A program made the position numbers and the translations under genes. Source: Octopus sinensis (lineage: Eukaryota). Taken from it: a stretch of DNA of 64,000 bases. A model generated the notes under the pieces. The model was not told where the DNA came from and did not search any database. It was given only the letters and a program-made list of their open reading frames with translations. Within the stretch, counting starts at the first letter, position 1. Each line of letters begins with the position of its first letter. The stretch lies in the NCBI RefSeq assembly GCF_006345805.1, contig NC_042997.1:114638001-114702000 (forward strand), in the 5' to 3' direction. Of the stretch, positions 1-11,031 are shown in pieces.

Positions 1-207
1 CTAAACATTATACCAACCATAAAACAATATCATTGTGTGTACTTCGAGTCTTTTTGGACATGTTATTTGGGTATGTTAGGGGTAGAACTTGAGGTCTTTT
101 CGGAAGCAAATACTTGTGATAAATGAGGACAGATGTACGAATCTTGTGTTTTTATCATGTTCAGTTATAATATAATTGTAATCCAACATTTTTTTTTTTC
201 ATTTCAG

Positions 208-372
208 TGCCTGGTACCATTTATCCCAACATCGATCGACCATATTCTAATCAACATCAAGACCAGTGGCCTGTTCCAAGCAAGAATTTCGATGCTGCTT
301 CCCAAGATGATAAAAAACCAATTCCTCTCGTCCAACAGAATTCTACAACACCCAATACTCCTAATCCTCCGC
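208..372 (+). CDS. Internal exon of DUF4430/transcobalamin-beta-like gene (Pro/Gln/Thr-rich linker); upstream exons lie outside the window
   Basis: tttcag acceptor ends at 207 and gtaagt donor starts at 373; open frame xPGTIYPNIDRPYSNQHQDQWPVPSKNFDAASQDDKKPIPLVQQNSTTPNTPNPP, phase 1 to 1, joins the next exon in frame. Confidence 0.8.
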
Positions 373-630
373 GTAAGTTAAAAACTACCATTCTACTTTG
401 TCTAGCTGAAAATAAAATGTACTTTTTTTGTTAATCAACAGTAGGACTTTCTGGCTAGTATAAGCATATTAGATTGACAATAATTACTTTTCTTCTCGAT
501 ATGATTAACATTAAAAAATTATTCTCAATTTATCACATTAAATATGGAAGCCCATATGTAACTATATGTTTTTTTATACTTTACATTAATTATGGTAGCC
601 CATATGTGACTATATGTTTTTTCTATATAG

Positions 631-2125
631 TAACCCTTTAACATATATGAGGGGTGTCTGAAAAGTCTTGAGCCTCAAAAAACAAAACATAGTACAAGAC
701 TTCTGATTATTTTTAAACATAGTCCCCTTTGATGGCTGAACACTTTCTCCGGTGGTGCTGAAGTGCCATCATCCCGGCGTAGAGGAACTCTTTTGTCTGA
801 GACTCTAAGAAACTTCCTACAGTGTCTATGACGTCATTGGCAGTGGCAAAATGGTGACCAGCCAGGACTTTTTTTATTTTTGGGAATAGATGAAAGTCAG
901 AGGGGGCTAAGTCTGGTGAATAAGGCAGATGGGGAACAAGTTCGTATCCACAATCACGAATTGTTGCCATGGCAACCACTGAGGTGTGGGCTGGAGTATT
1001 GTCGGGATGAAAAAGGACTCCTCAGGTGAGCATTCCTGACCTTTTTGCTTTGATTGCTTCCTGGAGGCATTACAGTAGCTGAAAATAATACAGCCTTGTC
1101 ACAGTGTGACCCTTTCAAAGGTAATCGATCAGCAAGACACCTTGAGAATAAAAAAAAACTGACGCCATGACCTTGCCAGCTGAAGGAATGACCTGGCTTT
1201 CTTTGGGGTAGGAGAAGATGTGTGCTTCCATTGCTTTGTTCTTGGTTTCAGGCTGGTAGTGATGAACCCAACTTTCGTCCATAGTAATAAAACAAGCAAG
1301 AAAATTCTCTTCATCTGCTTCAAACAGTTCCAGTTTGCTTGTGAACAAAGTGCACCTGGTGTGTTTCTGTTCAGAAGTCAAAAGGTGAGGGACCCACCTT
1401 GCAAAAACCTTTGAGAACCCAAGTTCTTTTGTCACAATGTTGTCTGCTTTTTCATTTGAAATGCTCAAGTCTCTCAGCTATCTGGCGACATGATATTCAA
1501 TGATCTTGCATTATCATACTAAGAGCAAGGACAATGTTGTCCTTGGTGGTTGCAGTTGGAGGCCTCCCTGGTGTGGGATCATCTTCCACACTCTCCCTGC
1601 CATTCTGGAATTCATTTACCCAGCGTTTGACTGTTGCATATGAAGGAGCATTGTCTGTTAAAGGTTCTCACCATATCTTCATAGATTTCTGATGGAGTCA
1701 TGCCTTTCAAATGAAGGTATTTTATGACAGCACGACACTCAGTTTTCTCCATTTTCCTTGTAACGTCGACACTTCTTTATTCAAAAATCCGTAACAAAAA
1801 AATTAAAATATCAGAGTCATGAAAATTAGCAAGAATACTCCGAAAAGATTGTACTTACCAGAAAAAATTGTTTCAGCTACCTAGTAGCCTCGTTTCTAGG
1901 TTAGGCTCAAAACTTTTCATACACCCCTCGTAAAACCTGCCATTCCAGCTGAAATATTCTGTTTTATGATCAAACTGGCCAGACCTGACTTCTTATGCCT
2001 AACCTACAATGACATTCTGAAAATAAACAACTGCATCATGGGAGTCTCAAAGCTAAACGATAATGCATAATTAATTTAAAACACGTGAATAAATAATCAT
2101 AACATTCAATAATGCTAAAACTGAA
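631..2125. mobile_element. TTAA/piggyBac-type MITE split by the mariner
   Basis: Left end taaccctttaacat at 631-644; body resumes at about 1933 (aaacctgcc...caaactggccaga...cctacaatgacattct) and matches intact copies at 48639 and 57242. Confidence 0.6.
648..1930 (-). mobile_element. Full-length degenerate mariner (DD34D-type) transposon
   Basis: TA flanks at 646-647 and 1931-1932; TIRs tgaggggtgtctgaaaagtcttgagcct / aggctcaaaacttttcatacacccctcg; minus-strand transposase remnants MDESWVHHY and PYSPDLAPSDFHLF with frameshifts; 1283 bp. Confidence 0.92.
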
Positions 2126-2381
2126 TTTCCCAATGCCGTTATTTTAAATTGCCAAATCAGTGAATTATTTTCACACCAAACTCTATACTCTCCAAGTCCT
2201 TCAATTTTCTGGTAGTTGTGTGTCAAACTTGCTTCTTTGAAGAGGCTTAATAAGACTCTAACATGTTAGTTGTCACCACAGCAACCAGACATTACACTCA
2301 TCCAACCTCCACATACTTATCTTCAGTTAATACACGACAATTTTCCAGGTTCTATTTTCATTGACATTAAACATAATACAG

Positions 2382-2690
2382 TTCTATATTTAAGAGATGA
2401 GGAATTATATACATTATTTACATTTGATGGATATTTGTCCTCATCTTGTTTGATGTTAACACAACGTTTCGGCTGATATACCCTCCAGCCTCCATCAGGT
2501 GTCTTGGGGAAATTTCAAACCTGGGTTCTCATTCTTAAGGTATTTTTTGATGTTGTTGTTTTTGTTGTCGTTGTCGTCGTCGTCACTACCAGGAATCAAA
2601 CTCAGAATCTTGGTGTTAGTAGTCCATGCTCTTAACCACTACACCATATGCCCGTGGGCAATTATGGAGTGAATTTTAGGGCTTATTAAA
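2382..2690 (-). mobile_element. tRNA-headed SINE-like element carrying a minimal hammerhead motif (most complete copy)
   Basis: On - strand: tRNA-like head 2653-2582 (A box TGGTGTAGTGG, B box GTTTGATTCC), (GAC/AAC)n linker, hammerhead motif, 3' tail ending ctcatctcttaaatatagaa; homologous copies at 10341-10670 and 27128-27371. Confidence 0.75.
2459..2502 (-). ncRNA. Minimal type I hammerhead ribozyme motif (Penelope type), one core change
   Basis: ACAC-CTGATGG-A-GGCTG-gagggtatat-CAGCC-GAAA-CGTT-GTGT: stem I, perfect 5-bp stem II and palindromic AACGTT helix III; core reads CUGAUGG instead of CUGAUGA. Confidence 0.7.
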
Positions 2691-3095
2691 CATGTTCCCC
2701 ATCAGAAACTCTGTGTGTAGCTGTGGTTTGGTTCCATAATCTCTAAAGATATGGTTGATAGTAAGTCCTTTGGGCATTACTGTTGCGAGTCCTGATGATT
2801 CATAGGTCCAGTTACCCAGTTTCCATAATGTATAAGTAACCAAGATCACAACTTTCTCCCCTCAGCCAGAGCTGAGTGGACGAAAGCAGAGGAGAAATGA
2901 AACATTTCGCTCAAGAAAACAATGTACTCCCCAGCCTGGGAATTGAAACCATGATATTTCAATTGTTATTGCAATAACCTACTCACTTGGCCACACACCT
3001 TCACTTAGAGAGAAAAATTACAAATCTTATTCAATATAGACATATTTAGGCATATAATTATTTCATTTGTTCAATTATTTAATTAGCCTATTAGA

Positions 3096-3308
3096 CAGGA
3101 TGGCTCAAAAATAGGTTTACAGTTATCCTGTAGGCATTTAAAAATTTCTTTTAAAGCATTTTATTACATTTAAATTTCTATCTTAAAATTAACTAAATTA
3201 ACATAGAATAATGGTTTCAAATATTTTTATAATTAAGATCTAAACTGTTAATATATGAATGCGAAAGAGATAGTTGAATTACTGTAAACCTACTTTTGGG
3301 CCACCCTG
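3096..3308. mobile_element. Tc1/mariner-type MITE
   Basis: Imperfect TIRs caggatggctcaaaaatagg / cctacttttgggccaccctg followed by TA. Confidence 0.65.
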
Positions 3309-3375
3309 TATTATGTTGTTTATTTTTATGAAAGTTTTTTTTTTCCGTTAATCTGTTCCCATTTTTATATTTTAG

Positions 3376-3502
3376 AAGTCTTAGTAACATTCAATCTAAA
3401 AGAATTTAATGTTTTAAAATGCACAATCAATGTAACAAAGCAGAGTCCTGCACCTCTTGAAGATTTCCTAACAAAAGCATCTCAAACGAACAGCTGCTTT
3501 GA
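3376..3502 (+). CDS. Exon of DUF4430/transcobalamin-beta-like gene
   Basis: ttttag acceptor, gtgagt donor at 3503; (Q)VLVTFNLKEFNVLKCTINVTKQSPAPLEDFLTKASQTNSCF(E), phase 1 to 2. Confidence 0.8.
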
Positions 3503-3769
3503 GTGAGTCTCGTTAAGTCATTAAAATCTTTTATGAAATTATTTTTCTGTCTTTACTTGGTGAAAAACTTAACAAAATTTTCCAAAGCAAACAATAAGAA
3601 AATGGACAAAACACATTCTCTTATGCTTTACATTTTTGTTATTTTCTTCACTGAATTATTGCAATTTTTTAAAAAAATCATTATTATCTTCTAATTGTTT
3701 TGGTCATTGGACTGCAGCCACATGCTCATAAAGCTTTAAGTCATAAGGAGGTGAATCAAACTGTCATCA

Positions 3770-3935
3770 TCACCATCATCATCATCATCATCATTTAACG
3801 TCCACTTTCCATGCTAGCATGGGTTGGACGATTTTGACTGAGGGCTGGCGAACCAGATGACTACAACAGGCTCCAATCTTAATTTGGCAGAGTTTCTACA
3901 GCTGGATGCCCTTCCTAACGCCAACCACTCAGAGT
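3770..3935 (-). mobile_element. Short RTE-3'-tail element (representative of more than 15 copies)
   Basis: Reverse complement of the tggttggcgttaggaagggcatccagctgtagaaa...aacccatgctagcatggaaag...(GAT)n tail of the RTE at 21361-22607; other copies near 4250, 8920, 25420, 28420, 36140, 36810, 38290, 45010, 50170, 54440, 58200, 61880. Confidence 0.8.
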
Positions 3936-4006
3936 GTATGTTATATTATCATGTATAATATATACAAGCACACATATATGTATGTATGCATGTTTATGCA
4001 TGTTTT

Positions 4007-4040
<34 letters not shown>

Positions 4041-4714
4041 TGTATGTATGTATGTATGAATGAATGAATGAATGTTGCTGTGTTTATGTCCCTGTGACTT
4101 AGCAGAATATGTGCCAGGCTTGAAAAAAATTAGTGTTGGGATTGATTCATTAGACTAAAATTCCTTGAAGCAGTACCCTAGCATGGCCAGTCTAACGACC
4201 AAAACGATTAAAAAATAAAAGATATAAAACTGTACGTAAACAGTTCATCATCATCATCATCATCATTTAACGTTTGTTGTCCATGCTGGCATGGGCTGAA
4301 CAGTTTGACCAGAGCAGGTAAGCTGAGGGGCTGCACCAGACTCCAGTCTGATTTAGCATGGTTCTCTATGGCTGGATGCCCTTCCTAACACCAACCACTC
4401 TGAGAGTGTAATGGGTGCTTTTATGTGCCAGCGATGTGACACCGGGATGCTTTTACATGTCACTAGCATCAGTGCCAATTTGCATGACACCGGTATCTGC
4501 CACAACTGCAATTTTGCTCGGCTTGATGGGTCTTCTTCTTAAGCATGACATAATGCCAAAAGTCTTGGTCATTGCCTCCGTGAGGCCCAACACTCAAAAA
4601 GAAGACCCAAATATAGTAACTACTCAACAACTCATATCAAATTAATTACCAAGCAATTACAATTAAAAATTATTTATTTTGAATACAAATTATTCAATTT
4701 TTCTTACATTTCAG

Positions 4715-4842
4715 ATTTACAACTGTTTTCTACATCAACAATCCTCTAAGACAAGGCAAATATCTAAATAGTATCAATGGTATAAATGTGACTGCCACAA
4801 CAACCTGGGAAATTTCTAAAGAGAATGGACCCATTGATTTAA
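4715..4842 (+). CDS. Exon of DUF4430/transcobalamin-beta-like gene
   Basis: tttcag acceptor; FTTVFYINNPLRQGKYLNSINGINVTATTTWEISKENGPIDL has the G-x-YL-x-SING...W pattern; the donor gtacta at 4843 is weak but gives the phase needed by the next exon. Confidence 0.75.
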
Positions 4843-5013
4843 GTACTAGTCTTTCTAATCTTTCTTTCCCTTCTTTTCTTTTTTTTTGTTTGTTTCTTCT
4901 TTTTGTTTATTTGTTTGTTTCTTTTTCTTGCTCTTCTTTTCCACTTGTCTTTCTTTTAATTTTTTCTTTCTTTCTATCTTTCTTCGGTAAGGTAACAGGT
5001 TGGAAGTTAGCAA

Positions 5014-5085
<72 letters not shown>

Positions 5086-5127
5086 TTCTCTCTCTCATAC
5101 ACACACACACACACATATACATACACA

Positions 5128-5164
<37 letters not shown>

Positions 5165-5230
5165 CCACACACCCCCACACACACACACACACTCTCTCTC
5201 TCTCTTCCTCTCCCCCTCTCTCTCTTTTTT
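5014..5230. repeat. Compound (TC)n/(CA)n microsatellite
   Basis: Seen directly; source of the spurious SL/ER/HT ORFs. Confidence 0.95.
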
Positions 5231-6174
5231 TTTATAATAGGTGCTTTTACATGCCACCAGCATGGGTGCCATTTGTGTGACCCCAGTATCTGTCACGACT
5301 GCAATTTTACTTGGCTTCATGGGTCTTCTTCTCAAGCATGACATAATGCCAAAGATCTTGATCATTGCCTCCGTGAAGCCCAATACTCAAAAGGAGCTCA
5401 ACCACTTTGCCTGTGTGAGGCCCAACATTTGAAAGGGGCTTTTTACATGCCACCAGTTATGTGACACCAGCATCAGCCATGTCTACAATTTCACTTGGCT
5501 TGATGGGTCTTCTCAAGCACGGCATATTGCCAAAGGTCTCAGTCACTAGTCATTGCCTCTGTGAGGCCCTAAGTTCAAAGATCATTCTTCACCACCTCGT
5601 CCCAAGTCTTCCTAGGTCTGCCTCTACCACAGGTTTCCTCCACAGATCAGCACTTCTTTACACAGCTGTCTCAATAACATATTCATCTAACCCATGCTAG
5701 CATGAAAAAACAGTTGTAAAACAAACAAATGAATATGAAGAACTGTTGTTTACTGTATGTTATTAATCACAGTCATATATGACAAAATTGACTGAAGGCA
5801 CGTGGCCAAGTAGTTAGGGTAGTCAGTTCAGGATTGTAAGGCCATGAGCTTAATACCTGGTGGTGCATTATGCCCTTGAGCAAGACACTTATTTTACAAT
5901 GCTCCAGTCCACTCAGCTGGTAAAAATGAATCTTGCCTGTATTTCAAAGGACCAGCCATGTCATATCCTGTGTCACATCGAATCTGTGTTATGGGTAAGA
6001 GTGTCAGTGGTGTGCTCAGCCACTTGCACATTCATTTCACAAGCAGGCTGTTCCATTGATCAAATCAATTAGAATCCTGGTCAGAGTAAGTGATGTAGTG
6101 CCAGCTTTTATATAACAAAATTATGATTAATGTCTTACAAGATGTTCCAAGTATTAAGGTAAATTTTCTAAAGC

Positions 6175-6717
6175 TTTAACTCTTTAGCATTGAAACTGGC
6201 CCAACCATTCTACCTGTTTTATGTTCAAACTGGCCAGATCTGGTTTTTCACTCATACCCTACAATGGCATTCAAAACCTAAACTATCATACCATTGAAAT
6301 GTCAAAGCTTTGAGATAATACATCATTAATTCAAAACAATGTGAATAAATAGGCCTTACATTTGTGACAGAATAAACTGAATGCTCTCATCTAGGGGTTT
6401 CGGTTGCGCATACTATAGCAGTCACAGGGCAGTGGTCCGTATGGTCCTGCAGTTTCCATCTAACTAAGAATATTAGGGTCTCATCCATTGCCTTGTATTC
6501 AAGATCCTCAGCATGACATCCTGCTAGTTCAAAGCCAGGAATCTGATCTTTTAGGTCCTGCCAATAACTAAATCCATGCCCTGCTGTTGATGCTTCGATT
6601 TATTGTCATTAAGGTTTGTCTGTCTCTTACCCTTTGACCTTCCTGAAGATTTCTCTCCCTCCAGCATAGATCTCTAGGTCAATGGAGCACGCAGGTACTT
6701 CACCACTAAAGGGTTAA
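6175..6717. mobile_element. TTAA MITE whose right TIR is interrupted by an approximately 320-bp non-LTR-like fragment
   Basis: ttaactctttagcatt at about 6176; body to ...ctgaatgct (about 6385); foreign sequence to about 6705; then aaagggttaa. Confidence 0.5.
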
Positions 6718-6836
6718 ATTATGTTTCTTTATAAATCCACAGAGCAACTTGGTACTCTTTGTTACTCCTTGTGGTGCACCACTTAAGAACTACTAATTTA
6801 TTTGTTTACCAATAATTATACATTTATTTATTTCAG

Positions 6837-6895
6837 ATTTGGGTGTCGTGGCACAAACTGGCGACACGTTCACCATTAACAACACCAGCGTTTAA
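6837..6895 (+). CDS. Terminal coding exon of DUF4430/transcobalamin-beta-like gene
   Basis: tttcag acceptor; (N)LGVVAQTGDTFTINNTSV* resembles the domain's C-terminal G...DG-x-TI strand; TAA at 6893-6895. Confidence 0.75.
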
Positions 6896-7010
6896 CTGAT
6901 TGCTACCCAGAAAAGGAATTTAAATTTTTTTAAAAATATATATAAATATATTTCCTGTAGGAAATATATTTGTGTATTTTTTATAAAATTCTCTTCTTTT
7001 TTTTTAATCC

Positions 7011-7016
7011 AATAAA
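7011..7016 (+). promoter_or_regulatory. Putative polyadenylation signal of the DUF4430-like gene
   Basis: AATAAA about 115 nt after the stop, followed by U/GU-rich sequence. Confidence 0.55.
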
Positions 7017-9759
7017 CGTCTTGGGTTCTAAAAGACTTTTTTTTTTATTCAATTGCTTTTACATTTAACATGTACTCTGAATCGAACAGGGAAAAAAATT
7101 AATCAGAAAGATTGGGAAGTGCATGCATGCCATTGCCTCAGAGGGAGATATAAACAATGAACATGGAATTCCTACTAAAAGGTAGTAAAAGAGAAGATTA
7201 ACTTTGTCGTAGAAAAGCTGAAATGCAGTTCAAGAATTCTTGTGAATAAGTTATCAAATATGATTGGAATTGGTTAGAATATTGAATATGGCTGGTAAAC
7301 TTGACAAATTGGTAAAATGTTAGAATGCTAGATGGAATTATCACCAATTTAACATCCACCTTTCCATACTTGCATGGCTCATGACAGATTTTCAACACCC
7401 AGATGCTCTTCCTGTCACCAACCTTTACTTGTTTCCAAGAGAGGTAATATTTTCCCATGACCAGACATATTTCAAAAGATTAGAAATGAAGGGCTTCGTT
7501 TGCATGAAAGTGACACTCGTTTACAACTGTTTCATGATATCTAGGCAAGAAGACAGCTTTGCACACACACACACACACACACAAATATATGCATTCACAT
7601 GGAGCCTCCAGCCATAGTAACCAAGCCAAATGAAAATGGACAAGTGAAGTTTTGTCCCCTGACCATATGAACTAGGACAATAACTCCAAGTGAGAACTGC
7701 ATGGAAAGCAATGATGATGATGATGATATACCTATGTACAAACATACAAACATTTGGTTAACTGTATCAGACACTCAGATTCCAATAAATTCCAGTGGTA
7801 ATTTATCATGTATGACAAATAAATCCAAATATTGCTTAGAAGAATTTCAAGAAATTCGGTTAGAACAAGAACAGAGAAAATTACATCTTTAATTGATGAT
7901 TACATCACACATTATCAACAATCATTTCCATTGTGCCAGCATATTTAGGCACAGAAAGATGGTATAAACTATCGGTCAAATTAATATATATATTCAAAAA
8001 TGTATGCTATTACAATGTTATCAAGGCAATCCAAAACGGGCTGAATTCAAAGTGAACTAAGAAAATGTCTCCAATAGATGAACACATTCAAAAAGAATGT
8101 TGAGGACATCAAAAGATAATGAGAGAATAAAAACTAAACAGAAATTCTATATCATGACAATTAATTATCTTTCTATTAAATATGCTGAAAACTTTTTTAG
8201 AGAAATTATACATCTTAGATTAGAGAAACAGTAATTATAATTAATGGATTATTTACTGTTGAAATATTTAAATATTTTTCTATATTTATGAGAACACTTC
8301 AATGTAAAATTATTTCTACAATTTAATAATTCTAATTTAGATGTAATTATATAATACATTTCCTCAAGGCAATAATTACATTTAAAATTACCAGTATTGT
8401 CTGATGGTACAAAACTAATAGTGGACCACTTCATATCATATTTAATGTTCCTGTATGTTTTTTCTTGTGATTTCTCATGTACCAGCTTCTTGTTTTCAAG
8501 CAGTACTAATCATATGGCCTGAGCATAAAGATTACTTAGAGACACAAGGCATGTTACATGAATCTGCCTAATCTCAGAGTCTCTATGGCGAGAAACTATT
8601 AGTAGCTTTTATTTTAAATACTGTGTACATTAAATGATATTTATCTCTCACTGGATGGAGTACTTGAACAGTAATCTATATATATATGTTGTGGCTAAAA
8701 TGGGGTTCCTATGGAAGATTTCTAGACTAACATTACTTAGCAGGAGGTATAGCTGGAGATCAGGGGATCTCTTCGGGTCAATAACTTATACGAAAAACAT
8801 TCAACATTTTTCAAGAGAATCTGCATGTTCAGTATAACATTCACCAGAGCTTCAAACATACTCTGATGAAGCTGTACACAAGCATGGAAATTTGATATTC
8901 AATATAGTACTATTCATCATCATCATCATCATTGTTTAAGGTGCATCATCCATGCATACATGAGTAGGACAGATGACAGGAACCAGCGAGGTAGAAAATT
9001 ACCCTAGGCTACTGTGTCTGTTTTGACAGGGATTTTACGGCTGGATGCCCTTCCTAACACCAACCACTCTGCAGAGTGGACTCAGTGCTTTTTACACAAC
9101 ACGAGCACACTTGAGGTTAGTTTAGGCATGATTTTTACAGCTGGATGCCCTTCCAAACGCCAGCCATGCTACAGTGTGGACTGGATGCTCTTAATGTGGC
9201 ACCAGCACTGGCAGGGTAACCAAGTAACCCACAAGACAAGGAGTCATGAGAGGGGCAGGGGCATTTGAGGAGGGGAACTTGTGTCAGAAAGTGAAAGGTT
9301 AGAGTGTGACAAAGAGACAGAAGTGGGTGTCTTGTCACAACAGAGGAGTTGCTCCAATATCAAATGATGAAAGATTAGAGTGTAACAGAGAAATAAAGAG
9401 GCAGAAATAGGTGTCTTGCTATAGAGGAGGTACATGGTTACCCAATGAGAGAGAGGTACAAGAAAGAGACCAGAAACAAGTATGCTGATGTAAAGGTGAT
9501 ACTTGGTTACCTAATCAGAGGAAAATGAGAAGTAGAGAGAGAGTAGGAAACAGCAAAAGTGTAAGAGAGAGCAGAAGAGAGATGGTGTAGTGCTTGAGTA
9601 TACTCACAAGTAACAAGGATCTGAGTGTTGAACAAGGTTAGAAAAATAGGGTGGGAGTGTGGGGAGCAGTGATACAGTGAACAGGGCAGTGAGGGCAAAA
9701 AAGGGGATTGGAAAACAATCATAATGTATGAAGAGGAAATATGAAAAAGAGAAAGATGC

Positions 9760-10140
9760 AGTTAGAAGAGGAGTTGTAGTTTGATTTCTTAGTGGGTGGG
9801 ACACAACACTTCTAGCGCTCAGTTTCGTGGACGGGTTTTCTCTAGAATTTTGTATCTCCAAATGTCTCGGTCCACTGTCATTTCCTCCATTAGCCCCAAC
9901 ATCCTAAGATCAGTCCTCATCTCTTCATCCCATGTCTTCCTGGGTCTTCCTCTTCCACAGGTACCATCCACTTTCAGTGACAGACACTTCTGTCTACAAC
10001 CATACCACATTTAATCCCTCTTATGGCCAACTTTTCTCTCCACACAGTTGTGCTCTGTCGGTCATGCACGCCAATGCTGCATTTCCAACAGAGCATACCA
10101 CCTTTGTTCCTGTATATTTTGTTTGTAGGTAATCAGGTGT
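9760..10140 (-). mobile_element. RTE LINE 3' fragment
   Basis: QKCLSLKVDGTCGRGRPRKTWDEEMRTDLRMLGL, homologous to 21694-22110. Confidence 0.85.
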
Positions 10141-10340
10141 TTCTTAATGTCAAATAGAGTAAAGAAGAAAAGCACAAGGCATGAAATTGTAATGAACTCA
10201 GCAAACTGCATATGGAGCATTTCACTAATGGTCCTACCAATGAAATACTATTTCTACTCTAGGCACAAGGCCTTGAAAATTTTGTGGGGAAGGGGGCTAG
10301 TCAATTACATCGACCACAGTGCATAACTGGTACTTATTTC

Positions 10341-10670
10341 CATTATTTACATTATTTACATTTAACGGATATTTGTCTTCATCTTGTTTCTTGTTAATAC
10401 GTTTCGGTTGATATACCCTCCAGCCTTCACCAGGTGTCTTGGGGAAATTTCAAACCTTCGTTCTCATTCCTAAGGTATTTTTCGATGTTGTTGTTATCAT
10501 TATTATTATTATTATTATTATTATCATTCAGGTCACTGCCTGGAATTCCCAAGACACCTGATGAAGGCTGGAGGGTATATCAGCCAAAACGTGTTTACAA
10601 CAAACAAGATGGGGACAAATATCTGTCAAATGTAAATAATGTACATAATTCCTCATCTCTTAAATATAGA
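10341..10670 (-). mobile_element. 5'-truncated hammerhead-SINE copy with inverted 3' arm, inserted in another SINE
   Basis: 15-bp direct repeat actggtacttatttc at 10326-10340 and 10671-10685; degenerate hammerhead motifs at 10396-10437 (-) and 10554-10594 (+). Confidence 0.8.
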
Positions 10671-11031
10671 ACTGGTACTTATTTCATCAACCCCGAAAGG
10701 ATGAAAGTCAAAGTCGACCTTGGCGGAATTTGAACTCAGAACATAGCAGCTGACAAAATAATGCCAAGCATTTCAACTGGCATGCTAATAATTCTGCCAG
10801 CTTGCTGCCTTCATAACAATGAAATATGTTGTGATATCAAACAAGCACTTTAGTTTTGACAAATTATATAATCAGAGAATTGATAACTAATTGGGTTAAT
10901 TACTGATTTTAATTTTAGCACAAAGTTAGCAATTTCAGAGAAGGAGCTAAGTCAAAGGAGCAAGGTAAATGCCATGACCTTTTTTCATGGAGTCTAAGAC
11001 TTGAGGGGTAGAAAGATCAAGGCTGTCTTCA

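Noticed and set aside
541-630. Short local tandem duplications (also about 20520-20690 and 39566-39638)
   Set aside because: Two-unit slippage duplications with no sign of function
2582-2653. tRNA gene
   Set aside because: Acceptor and anticodon stems do not pair and it is fused to a repeat body; it is a SINE head (likewise the heads at 25119, 19187, 37648)
4788-5383. Leu/Ser, Glu/Arg and His/Thr-rich ORFs
   Set aside because: Translations of (TC)n/(CA)n microsatellites; only 4715-4842 is exonic
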